Origin: an uncultured Rhodospirillaceae bacterium
GTDB lineage: Bacteria; Pseudomonadota; Alphaproteobacteria; JAEUKQ01
Length of the DNA stretch: 64,000 bases
Assembly (NCBI GenBank): GCA_964414755.1
Contig: CAYPXH010000002.1
Span: 38,696 to 102,695, forward strand
Direction of reading: 5' to 3'
The notes beneath the pieces are model-generated. The model was not told the origin of the DNA. It saw nothing but the letters and a program-made list of their open reading frames with translations, and did no database searches. Each line of letters starts with the position of its first letter. The first letter of the stretch is position 1. Made by a program: the position numbers and the translations under genes. Shown here one piece after another: positions 51,749 to 60,670 of the stretch.

Positions 51749-54700
51749 ATGTCCTTATCTGATGTTTTTATCCGGCGACCGGTTTTTACCACTGTCTTAA
51801 GTATCTTGGTTATTTTAATTGGCGTTATTAGTTATGATCGACTTGTCATTCGTGAATATCCTAATATTGACCAACCTGTGGTTACGGTATCAACCAGCTA
51901 TTCTGGTGCTAATGCCGAAATTATGGAAAGCCAAGTAACAAAACCCTTAGAAGACGCTTTGTCTGGTATTGAAGGGATTGACGTGATGACATCTAATAGC
52001 CGTGCGGGTGAGAGTAATATCACCTTACGGTTTAATTTAAATAGAAATATTGATCTTGCGGCAAACGATGTGCGCCAAAAAGTTAGCCAGGCGCGTGATT
52101 TCTTGCCAGATGGTGTTGATGAGCCGGCTGTCACAAAAGCCGAAGATGACTCTGAAGCCATCATTTATATTGCTTTTTCAAGTGATCGCCATTCACCGAT
52201 CGAATTGACAGATTATGCAAGACGGGTGGTTCGTGACCGGCTACAGACAGTGTCCGGGGTTTCTGAGGTTCAGGTTTTTGGCGAGCGGCGCCAATCGATG
52301 CGCATTAATTTGCGGCGCGATTCTCTGGCTGCCTATAGCATTACAGTTCAGGAAATTGAAGAAGCCTTGCGCCGGCAGAATATTGAAATACCTGCAGGTG
52401 TTGTTGAAGGACGTTTTCGTGAATTTACTGTACGTGCCGAAACAGATTTGCAAACAGCTATACAATTTGAAAATATTATTATCAGGCGTTCGGAAAACTA
52501 TCTTGTTCGCTTAGGCGATGTTGCAGACGTAAGCATTGCACCCGAAAGTGAGCGAACAATTACCAGATATAAAGGTGATTTTGCCGTTGCTTTGGCTATT
52601 GTTAAGCAATCAACAGCCAATCCCCTAGAAGTATCACAGGGTGTGCGCACAATTTTGCCAGAAATTCAAAAGTCCTTACCAACCGGTATGGCACTTAATA
52701 TAGCTTATGATTCGGCGGTTTTTATTGATCAATCAATTCACGAGGTTTTTATTACAATTTTAGAAGCCATTTTGCTGGTTGTTTTGGTAATTTTTGTTTT
52801 CCTAAGAACCTTGCGCGCAACGATTATTCCGATTGTCACGATACCTGTTTCATTAATTGGTAGTTTTGCTTTAATGTATCTATTTGGTTTTTCCATTAAT
52901 ACCTTAACATTATTAGCCTTCGTACTGGCGATTGGTCTTGTGGTTGATGATGCTATTGTCGTTCTTGAAAATATTTATCGCTATATCGAAAAAGGTATGA
53001 AACCTGTAGAAGCTGCCTTCAAAGGTATGCGGGAAATTTCATTTGCTGTTATTGCTATGACACTAACTTTGGCTGCCGTTTTTGCCCCGATTGGCTTTGC
53101 AACAGGAACAACCGGACGTCTCTTTACCGAATTTGCACTAACCTTAGCCGGTGCTGTGTTAATTTCGGGGTTTGTTGCCCTGACTCTTTCACCCATGATG
53201 TGTGCTTTGTTATTAAAGCATAAGAAAAAACACCATCAACAGGTACCGACTGTCGAAAAACATCTAACAAACACAACCGAGGTTGCTAAAGAAATATCCG
53301 ATTCACCATCAGTAAATAAAGGTTTTTATCCACAATTTTTAAAGGCCGTTCTTAAGGCTCGGCTTTTTGTATTACCATTGATTGTGGTTTTATCATATTT
53401 AGGATACACTAATCTTACAAATTTGCCTCAGGAACTGGCACCCACAGAAGATCGTAGCATTCTGATAGGCATCACAATTGGTCCCGAAGGTTCAACCGCC
53501 GCTTATACGGATAAATACATGCGGCAAATAGAGGCCATTTATCAAAAAGTACCTGAAATGGTAAGTTATTTTATTGTGGTAGGCTTCCCAACAGTTAGCC
53601 GTGGTATTTCATTTGTCGAGTTGCAGCCAATTGATAAGCGCGTGCGCAGTGCAGAAGAAATTGTCGGCGGATTGCGCCCCATTATGTTTGGGGGGGTAGC
53701 AGGGACCATGAATTTTCCTGTAATGCCACCATCGCTGGGTCAGCAATCTACCGGTAAGCCATTATCATTAGTTGTTCAAACCACCGGGTCACACCAGGAA
53801 TTGCAAAGATTAGTTAATGCAATAATGGCAGAAGCACGTTCAAATCCCAGTATTACCGAGCTTGAAAGCGACCTGGAACTAAATAAGCCTGAATTACGTA
53901 TTACTGTAAATCGTGACAAAGCAGCGGATATGGGAATTAGTATTGATACAATCGGCCGTACATTAGAAACCATGATAGGAGGGCGCATCGTAACCCGCTT
54001 TAAATTGGATGGCGAGCAATATAACGTCATTGTACGATTGGAAAGCCAGGAGCGTGCTAATCCCCAAGATTTGTTGAATATTTACATACGTGCTGGTGAT
54101 GGCCAAATGGTTCCCCTGTCTAATATTGTTGAAGTTGTTGAAACATCAGCCGCGCGCGAATTGCGACACTTTAACAAACTGGCCTCGGTTACTTTGACGG
54201 CGAATCTTGCGGAAGGATATACCTTGCCAGAAGCCATTACATATATGGAAGGGTTGGTGCGCAAGCTTGATGTTGATAATAAAACTCAGATCGATTACTC
54301 GGGTTATACACGCGAATTTAAACAATCCAACGAAAGTGTTATTTTTATTTTCGGGTTAGCGTTGCTGTTTATTTATTTGGTATTGGCCGCCCAGTTTGAA
54401 AGTTTTATCGATCCGTTTGTTATTATGTTAACAGTCCCACTGGCCATGACAGGTGCCTTATACACCTTAGGGTGGTCGGGTGGCACATTAAATATTTATA
54501 GCCAGATAGGTCTTGTTACACTTATTGGTCTTATTACCAAGCATGGAATTTTGATTGTCGAATTTGCCAATCAGTTACGCGATACTGGTAAAACAATTAA
54601 AGAAGCAATTATAGAATCAGCTACCCTGCGGTTGCGCCCAATCTTAATGACCACTGCAGCCATGGTTTTAGGGGCATTACCATTAGCTTTAGCAGCAGGT

Positions 54701-54865
54701 CCTGGTGCTGAAAGCAGGCAGCCAATTGGTTGGGTTATCGTGGGCGGTATGACCTTTGGTACATTACTTACTTTGTTTGTTGTGCCAGCTGCGTATATGT
54801 TGTTAGCGCGCCATCATCGCCGTTCTTTAGGAGAGGGTATAAGTCCTTCGTCCCAATCTGCTTAA
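51749..54865 (+). CDS. RND efflux pump inner-membrane permease (AcrB/HAE1-like)
   Basis: ~1038 aa from ATG 51749 (MSLSDVFIRRPVF...), the canonical ACR_tran N-terminus. 12 TM with two large periplasmic loops. Confidence 0.9.
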   Translation: MSLSDVFIRRPVFTTVLSILVILIGVISYDRLVIREYPNIDQPVVTVSTSYSGANAEIMESQVTKPLEDALSGIEGIDVMTSNSRAGESNITLRFNLNRNIDLAANDVRQKVSQARDFLPDGVDEPAVTKAEDDSEAIIYIAFSSDRHSPIELTDYARRVVRDRLQTVSGVSEVQVFGERRQSMRINLRRDSLAAYSITVQEIEEALRRQNIEIPAGVVEGRFREFTVRAETDLQTAIQFENIIIRRSENYLVRLGDVADVSIAPESERTITRYKGDFAVALAIVKQSTANPLEVSQGVRTILPEIQKSLPTGMALNIAYDSAVFIDQSIHEVFITILEAILLVVLVIFVFLRTLRATIIPIVTIPVSLIGSFALMYLFGFSINTLTLLAFVLAIGLVVDDAIVVLENIYRYIEKGMKPVEAAFKGMREISFAVIAMTLTLAAVFAPIGFATGTTGRLFTEFALTLAGAVLISGFVALTLSPMMCALLLKHKKKHHQQVPTVEKHLTNTTEVAKEISDSPSVNKGFYPQFLKAVLKARLFVLPLIVVLSYLGYTNLTNLPQELAPTEDRSILIGITIGPEGSTAAYTDKYMRQIEAIYQKVPEMVSYFIVVGFPTVSRGISFVELQPIDKRVRSAEEIVGGLRPIMFGGVAGTMNFPVMPPSLGQQSTGKPLSLVVQTTGSHQELQRLVNAIMAEARSNPSITELESDLELNKPELRITVNRDKAADMGISIDTIGRTLETMIGGRIVTRFKLDGEQYNVIVRLESQERANPQDLLNIYIRAGDGQMVPLSNIVEVVETSAARELRHFNKLASVTLTANLAEGYTLPEAITYMEGLVRKLDVDNKTQIDYSGYTREFKQSNESVIFIFGLALLFIYLVLAAQFESFIDPFVIMLTVPLAMTGALYTLGWSGGTLNIYSQIGLVTLIGLITKHGILIVEFANQLRDTGKTIKEAIIESATLRLRPILMTTAAMVLGALPLALAAGPGAESRQPIGWVIVGGMTFGTLLTLFVVPAAYMLLARHHRRSLGEGISPSSQSA

Positions 54866-55404
54866 AAAAACAAGTTCTGTAATTTTAATAAAGTATCTTT
54901 GGATAGCGGGTAACCGCCTGCTATCCACCATATATAAAGGGCAAAAAACAAAAAAGACCAAGTAAAAATGTATTCAACTGGTGATTTATACGACCAGTGG
55001 AAAGGAAAACGATAGCGTTGCTGGTGTGGCCATAATAGGGGAATGCCAGACGGATTCATCATGTCACCTAACAAATGTGACAGATAGCCAATCAGAAAAG
55101 GAATAATAACAAAATGTTGCCATCCAACCAACTGGGGGTGTTGTAGCAACCACGTAAGACCGGCTAGACATATGAAAATAGCTATTAAACTATGAGTAAA
55201 GCCCCGGTGGCCAACTAAAAAACCAAGTGGGTAGGCAATAAAGGGAAAACGTTTGCCAATACTGCTTTTTGGTGTATCTAAGTCTGGAGCTAGTCCAGAA
55301 ACTGTTGCAACACCAAGATCAATTGGTGTTAGTGGAATTTTGAACAGTCCTGCGGTGATAATCCAGCAGCCAGCCGCCCAACGCAAATGATTGGGAGCGA
55401 TCAT
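54862..55404 (-). CDS. Membrane-bound metal-dependent hydrolase (YdjM/DUF457-like)
   Basis: 180-aa polytopic protein with conserved His residues (GHRGFTHS). Confidence 0.5.
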   Translation of the reverse strand: MIAPNHLRWAAGCWIITAGLFKIPLTPIDLGVATVSGLAPDLDTPKSSIGKRFPFIAYPLGFLVGHRGFTHSLIAIFICLAGLTWLLQHPQLVGWQHFVIIPFLIGYLSHLLGDMMNPSGIPLLWPHQQRYRFPFHWSYKSPVEYIFTWSFLFFALYIWWIAGGYPLSKDTLLKLQNLFF

Positions 55405-55472
55405 CTGGAAGCACCAAACATATACGGTTTAATCATATCCATCCACGCCACCACGCACCAAGACATTAAAAA

Positions 55473-55925
55473 CTATTTTTTCCAAAACAACCAGCTGCTA
55501 GAACCTTTTTTCGAGAAACTAAGCCACTGCTTGTTGATTGTTGCAGCCATCAAATCGAAATTATCCCAGGTATCTTTAACTTCATAAAGGCTTGCCAAAT
55601 TTTGCCCCAGAACTTTTTCATAATCATCTAAATAAAGATTATTTTCATAGTAAAATTTTGTAAAATCGTTGCCCATAGAGGTTAAATGATTATCTGAAAA
55701 TACACCATCACAATATTCTAGAAAAAATGCTCCAGGGGTTATTTGGCGCGATAAAAGCTTTTCAAGACCCTGGTTGCAATCTTTGGAAAATGGGGCGCTG
55801 GCAATATTATTTTGAATAGCCCAGACAATAAAAAAAGCAATATGCGTAGCAGCGCATTTTTGGGGCACATATTCCGGGAAACCATCACCACCTGCATGCC
55901 AATCGGCTTTATCGTATATGTTCAT
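55473..55925 (-). CDS. Hypothetical cytoplasmic protein (150 aa)
   Basis: ORF abutting the tRNA-Gly 3' end. No recognisable family. Confidence 0.35.
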   Translation of the reverse strand: MNIYDKADWHAGGDGFPEYVPQKCAATHIAFFIVWAIQNNIASAPFSKDCNQGLEKLLSRQITPGAFFLEYCDGVFSDNHLTSMGNDFTKFYYENNLYLDDYEKVLGQNLASLYEVKDTWDNFDLMAATINKQWLSFSKKGSSSWLFWKK

Positions 55926-55986
55926 TTCTATCTCTGCTAGAAAACAAGCAATTATTCGCGGTGGTTTTTTTACATTTTAAGGGTTT

Positions 55987-56060
55987 TGGAGCGGGTGAGG
56001 GGAATCGAACCCCCGTCGTAAGCTTGGGAAGCTTCTGCTCTACCATTGAGCTACACCCGC
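55987..56060 (-). tRNA. tRNA-Gly (anticodon CCC)
   Basis: Minus-strand sequence GCGGGTGTAGCTCAATGGTAGAGCAGAAGCTTCCCAAGCTTACGACGGGGGTTCGATTCCCCTCACCCGCTCCA folds as a cloverleaf. Anticodon loop TTCCCAA. Encoded CCA. Confidence 0.9.
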
Positions 56061-56168
56061 ACTCTGACGAGTTTTATATTATAGAACCAATTAAAACACA
56101 AGAATTATACTAAGGATATAGTAACAACAAATAACAATATGAAAATGTCAGTATATAGCCCATTGAAG

Positions 56169-56801
56169 TTATTTAGGGCGGTATTTTGTATGATAACCCG
56201 GATTATCAGTTGGCCTTAATTGGTTTGGATACTCAATATCTGTCTTAATATCATAAGAAATTTGTTTTAATTTTTTGAAAACTTCATAAGGATCGGGAAT
56301 ATGTGATATAATGAAAGGCTTGCTTGTAAATGTTTTGTATTTATCAAAAGAAAAATTGCCAGCAGTTAAAATCATAATGCTGCCGCTGTTGCCGCCTGTT
56401 ATTATGTCTGCTAATCCAACATTGACCTGGATATTGGTAATTTTATCAAAATCTATCGCATCAAAATCACGGCCGATAATCCCTCGCTGCAAAACAACTC
56501 TTTTATCGGTAATAGCATATCTAATATATTTAAAATTTAGTAATGTTATAAGAAAGGGAATTAGGAATCTTAGGGCGATGAGAATACAAAATCCAATAAT
56601 TATATAAAGCCCAAAACCAATTTTCACCTCTAGAAATTCAGCAATTTCAAAAAACCCCCAAAAAATTACAAATATTAATATTGCTGTGCCTAAGCCAAAC
56701 GAAAATTCAAAGATTTTGGCTATAAAAAATGGCATAAATTTAGGTCCGGATTGCCAGAAAATCTGCTCGTTTTTGTCGAAAATTTGCTTAAATTCTTGCA
56801 A
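56169..56801 (-). CDS. Membrane protein with bacterial PH domain (bPH_2 / YdbS-like)
   Basis: 210 aa. Two TM helices followed by YAITDKRVVLQRGIIGRDFDAIDFDKITNIQV (bPH_2 signature). Lies between the two tRNA genes. Confidence 0.5.
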   Translation of the reverse strand: MQEFKQIFDKNEQIFWQSGPKFMPFFIAKIFEFSFGLGTAILIFVIFWGFFEIAEFLEVKIGFGLYIIIGFCILIALRFLIPFLITLLNFKYIRYAITDKRVVLQRGIIGRDFDAIDFDKITNIQVNVGLADIITGGNSGSIMILTAGNFSFDKYKTFTSKPFIISHIPDPYEVFKKLKQISYDIKTDIEYPNQLRPTDNPGYHTKYRPK

Positions 56802-56852
56802 GACCAGCCCATTATTATATTTATTATTAATAAGCTATTACTTAACCAAGGA

Positions 56853-56937
56853 TGGTGCCCCTTGCCGGACTCGAACCAGCACGTCTCTCAACACCTGATT
56901 TTGAGTCAGGCGCGTCTACCAATTCCGCCAAAGGGGC
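56853..56937 (-). tRNA. tRNA-Leu (anticodon CAA)
   Basis: Minus-strand GCCCCTTTGGCGGAATTGGTAGACGCGCCTGACTCAAAATCAGGTGTTGAGAGACGTGCTGGTTCGAGTCCGGCAAGGGGCACCA. Long variable arm. Anticodon loop CTCAAAA. Encoded CCA. Confidence 0.9.
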
Positions 56938-57012
56938 TTATGGGTACCAGTTGTTTACCCTTAAACATAAAATCCGTCAACAAAAATACTTTAAGTAAAG
57001 CTATTAGTAATT

Positions 57013-57328
57013 GGGGTCGACACAGAATTCGGAAAAAATAGTACGCTAAGATTAATTATCAGCTTATTATTCCTTCTCTTAGCGTGCTTTATTTTCGTTT
57101 CCTGAGGCGATTCCAAAAAGCCAAAATAATCTTGGTTAACAATACCACGAACCATCTGCATTCAATACCCCGTGCTAATCCACAGATTGGAATCGATAAA
57201 ATAGGGGTCGTTTGACGAAAGGGAAATAAAGCACCTTAAGACGATGGGAAGGGGCGCAAAGGCCTAAACTTCCAACCTATTGCTAAAACCTTAGCGTACT
57301 ATTTTTTCCGAATTCTGCGTCGATTCCT
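57013..57328. mobile_element. Tn3-family-derived miniature inverted-repeat element (TIME-like), copy A, 316 bp
   Basis: 38-bp terminal inverted repeats. Left IR 57013-57050 GGGGTCGACACAGAATTCGGAAAAAATAGTACGCTAAG. Right IR 57291-57328 reads (reverse complement) GGAATCGACGCAGAATTCGGAAAAAATAGTACGCTAAG. Outer GGGG and inner TAAG match the Tn3-family IR signature. No ORF inside. Confidence 0.6.
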
Positions 57329-57931
57329 ATATGAATCTTTTGGATCAGAATTTTCATTTCATCTAGGACCGATAATTGAGTTTTTTTACCACCTCAGGCA
57401 AGCTACTATCTTCCCATTTCGTCATTTTTCTTCTGAGCGCTATTTCTTTCTTAAAAGGGGTTAGATTATATTTTGACTCTGGTTATTGGAATAACACTAT
57501 TCCTCAAAATACTTAAAACGAAGTTAAATAATTATTATTTTACTACATATTCCATATTACATAATAAAACGCGGGTTTCAATCTGACTTAGATTTTTTTT
57601 ATGCCCATCAATAGCGGAGAAGTTTGGCTTAGCACTGAAATCATCGAACTCAAAAAAATATAATTCGATTGTCCTTGGTAGGACTTTAAAGCAACCCAAG
57701 CATTGAAGTTCGTATTTTTGTGGAGTCTTAGAGCATATTTGGCCATAGGCAGTAATGTTAATATGGTGAAACATTCAAGATTGAGACTGGAAAATTAAAC
57801 AACATGTTGTATCCCTTAAAATTGCAGTACGTAACTGCACTTGAAAACAAGCAGATCAGAGAAAAGATCAAGGTTCTTTGTAAGCATCGTTCGATGCTAT
57901 AAACTGGGCTATTATTACAATCATTATAGCT

Positions 57932-58885
57932 TTGTATAGTGGTGGTATAGGGTTAATAATTACCGATAAACCTTTATTTCTTGTATTTGGAACGATCTCG
58001 CTCAGTTTATCAATGCTTCTTTCTTGGTATTTAAGTCATGATTGCGCTCATCTTTTAGTTTTCAAAGCCAAAAAATACAACGATTTTCTTGGAGAATTAC
58101 TGTCGTGGATTAACGGTCTCGCATATTTCAGATTTCACGAATATCGCAAAGATCATTTAAGGCATCATTTAGAACAAGTTGATCTTGCTGGAGTAAATGT
58201 TTCTAAAGTTTTGTCTAAGCTACCATACCCATGTGGCAAAATCACAATATTTCTAGAGCAATGTTATATCCCAATAATTTTTTTCATAATAAAAATTCAC
58301 AACATCATTGGTGTTATTCAGAGCAAAAATATAAGTTACATTATTCGAGTGATATTGGTAGGGTTAGTTTCTCTGTTATTTCTTTTTTGGTTAGCAATAA
58401 CTCATTGGTGGTCACCATTTCTATATTTTTTTGCTGTAATTATACGAATTCATTCTGTTAGGTTCGTAGACGCTTTCCAACATAGTTATGTGCAAATTGA
58501 TCCCTCCAATAGAAATAAACCTCAAGACAAATTGTACGAACAGAAAAATACTTTTTCATACCCTGTTGCGCGTCAGTTTAAATTCTTAAATCTTATTATA
58601 TTAAATTTTGGATTTCACAATGCCCATCATGCTGTACCCGGCTGTCCTTGGTATAATTTACCTAAAATCAATGAGATTATTCTCAACTATAAAATAACTG
58701 AGAAGGGTTCTTTAAAAATTAATGGAGAACCTCATTATGTAAGGTTCTCAGAATTAATTTATTGTTATCATAAGAAGCTAAAAGAGAGGCTTACTTCTAC
58801 AAACGAAGGAAGACCTTATAATGATGAACTTAGATTTTCAATGAAAGACTTTACGGGTGCTTTCACAGATAATCTTCTAGGATAG
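57932..58885 (+). CDS. Membrane fatty-acid desaturase/hydroxylase superfamily protein (di-iron, three His boxes)
   Basis: 317 aa, ~4 TM. His boxes HDCAH, HEYRKDHLRHH, HNAHH. Low-GC cargo gene of the composite element. Confidence 0.7.
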   Translation: MYSGGIGLIITDKPLFLVFGTISLSLSMLLSWYLSHDCAHLLVFKAKKYNDFLGELLSWINGLAYFRFHEYRKDHLRHHLEQVDLAGVNVSKVLSKLPYPCGKITIFLEQCYIPIIFFIIKIHNIIGVIQSKNISYIIRVILVGLVSLLFLFWLAITHWWSPFLYFFAVIIRIHSVRFVDAFQHSYVQIDPSNRNKPQDKLYEQKNTFSYPVARQFKFLNLIILNFGFHNAHHAVPGCPWYNLPKINEIILNYKITEKGSLKINGEPHYVRFSELIYCYHKKLKERLTSTNEGRPYNDELRFSMKDFTGAFTDNLLG

Positions 58886-58916
58886 GACAATAACAGTAAT
58901 TCAAAGGCTTTACATT

Positions 58917-59894
58917 ATGCTAAATAAAAAAATTAAAGGTGACACAGTCCCAGTTATCGATATTTCCTCACTTTTTAGTAATAAAAAGAGTGAAACTGAT
59001 AACTTAGCAAGGTCTATTGCGGCGGCCTGTAATTCAATTGGATTTTTCTATATTATTAATCATGGAGTTTCTCATACTATCTTTGATAACGTGTTTTCAG
59101 AATGCAGGGCGCTTTTTAATATGTCTGCTCAAGAAAAGGAATTAATAAATATCCACAAATCAAAGCACATGCGGGGATATTTTAGTTTTGGTGCAGATAA
59201 ATCTGATGGTATTCATGGGGATATTAAAGAGGGTTTTGATATGGCCAGTGACATTCCTTTAGATGATCCATATGTGAAAGCAGGACTAGCATTTTATGGG
59301 CCAAATGTTTGGCCGGCAAATTTGCCAAATTTCAAAAGAGTTACAACAGAGTATTATACAAGTATGTTACAAGTAGGTCGATTACTTTTAAGATCTTTTG
59401 CTCGGGGATTAGGAGTAGAAGATAATTTCTTTGACGACAAATTCCGTAAACCAATGGCCCAAATGAGACTACTACGCTATCCCCAAACCCCTAATCCAAA
59501 TAGTAAACAAATTGGTGCAGGAGAACACACAGATTTCGGTTGGATAACTATGATTGCTCAAGATGAGATAGGTGGCCTCGAAGTATTAAATAAACAGGGA
59601 GAGTGGATTGACATTCCTCCCGTTCCATCATCTTTAGTAGTCAATATCGGTGATCTTATGGCACGGTGGACAAATGATCAATACACTGCTACGTTTCATC
59701 GTGTCATCAACAAAAGCAGTCGGGATCGTTATTCTATCGCTTTTTTCATGGATCCTGATTATCATGCAAACGTTGAGTGTCTACCTAGTTGCAAATCGAA
59801 AAATCGTCCTGCTAAGTATGATCCAATTATTGCTGGAGACTATATGAATAAGAGATTCTATGAGACAACTACCTTCCGGGATTATCAGAAATAA
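58917..59894 (+). CDS. 2-oxoglutarate/Fe(II)-dependent oxygenase (IPNS/ACC-oxidase-like: DIOX_N + 2OG-FeII_Oxy)
   Basis: 325 aa. Facial triad H-x-D...H (HTDFG ... FHRV) and R-x-S (RYSIAF). Confidence 0.7.
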   Translation: MLNKKIKGDTVPVIDISSLFSNKKSETDNLARSIAAACNSIGFFYIINHGVSHTIFDNVFSECRALFNMSAQEKELINIHKSKHMRGYFSFGADKSDGIHGDIKEGFDMASDIPLDDPYVKAGLAFYGPNVWPANLPNFKRVTTEYYTSMLQVGRLLLRSFARGLGVEDNFFDDKFRKPMAQMRLLRYPQTPNPNSKQIGAGEHTDFGWITMIAQDEIGGLEVLNKQGEWIDIPPVPSSLVVNIGDLMARWTNDQYTATFHRVINKSSRDRYSIAFFMDPDYHANVECLPSCKSKNRPAKYDPIIAGDYMNKRFYETTTFRDYQK

Positions 59895-59967
59895 AACACC
59901 AATTAAAATTCTTGTTAAATCAATGTATTAATAAATCAACAGGCTAATCTTAGAGGATGCTTCTATT

Positions 59968-60417
59968 ATGCCAGAAAAAAGTAGTTTCTTGTATTATCTT
60001 TCAGCAGTTATTGCAATTATTGGTACCGTTGGGTACCACTTTTTCGTCAAAAAGATACCTTCTGGCATTCATCCTCTTGTTTCGGTTGTTGGTATTTATG
60101 TCGCAGTATTAGTCATTTGTATTCCGATTTTATTGTTAATCCCTATCCAGGGAGGACTTGCCATGCATATTAAACAATTGAATTGGGTTCAGGTGGCAGT
60201 TGCGCTAGCCATCATCTTGATGGAGCTTGGCTTTTTATTAATGTATCGGTATGGGTGGGATTTAAGTGTAGGGAATTTGGTGACCGGAGTTGCTATCAAT
60301 ATTATGTTAATGGCTATTGGGTTGCTTATTCTTCGAGAACAGTTAAGTTTTATTAATATAGTTGGTATTATCTTATCGATTGCAGGCGTAGCGATGATCA
60401 GTTACCGAAGCTCATAA
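59968..60417 (+). CDS. Small 4-TM DMT-superfamily (EamA-like half-transporter) membrane protein
   Basis: 149 aa, four hydrophobic helices. Last cargo gene before TIME copy B. Confidence 0.45.
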   Translation: MPEKSSFLYYLSAVIAIIGTVGYHFFVKKIPSGIHPLVSVVGIYVAVLVICIPILLLIPIQGGLAMHIKQLNWVQVAVALAIILMELGFLLMYRYGWDLSVGNLVTGVAINIMLMAIGLLILREQLSFINIVGIILSIAGVAMISYRSS

Positions 60418-60431
60418 AATAAACTTAGGAT

Positions 60432-60667
60432 GGGGTCGACGCAGAATTAGAAAAAAATAGTACGCTAAGGTTTTGCAATAGGTTTGAAGTTTAGGCCTTT
60501 GCCCCTCCTTCCCATCGTCTTAAGGTGCTTTATTTTCCCTTTCGTCAAAGGACACCTTAGAAGGGTTTTCTAACTCTTATAAAATTCCCAATATACTTCG
60601 CCGGGTCGCAGCAGCTCTAAGCACAAAACATTAGCCTAGTATTTTTTCCTAATTCTGCGTCGACCCC
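60432..60667. mobile_element. Tn3-family-derived miniature inverted-repeat element (TIME-like), copy B, 236 bp, inverted relative to copy A
   Basis: Left IR 60432-60469 GGGGTCGACGCAGAATTAGAAAAAAATAGTACGCTAAG. Right IR ends at 60667 (...GCGTCGACCCC). Internal 60470-60548 is the reverse complement of copy A's 57204-57290. Sits between the convergent DMT and hppD genes. Confidence 0.6.
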
Positions 60668-60670
60668 TAA

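Noticed and set aside
57535-57774. 79-aa minus-strand ORF inside the cargo leader region
   Set aside because: No RBS, low-complexity, and situated in the AT-rich spacer between TIME copy A and the desaturase. More likely non-coding regulatory DNA.
57051-60431. Individual 5-bp target-site duplications for each miniature element
   Set aside because: The inner flanks (TATAT after copy A, AGGAT before copy B) match neither each other nor the outer TAATT. The evidence therefore supports insertion of the composite as one unit rather than two independent TIME insertions.
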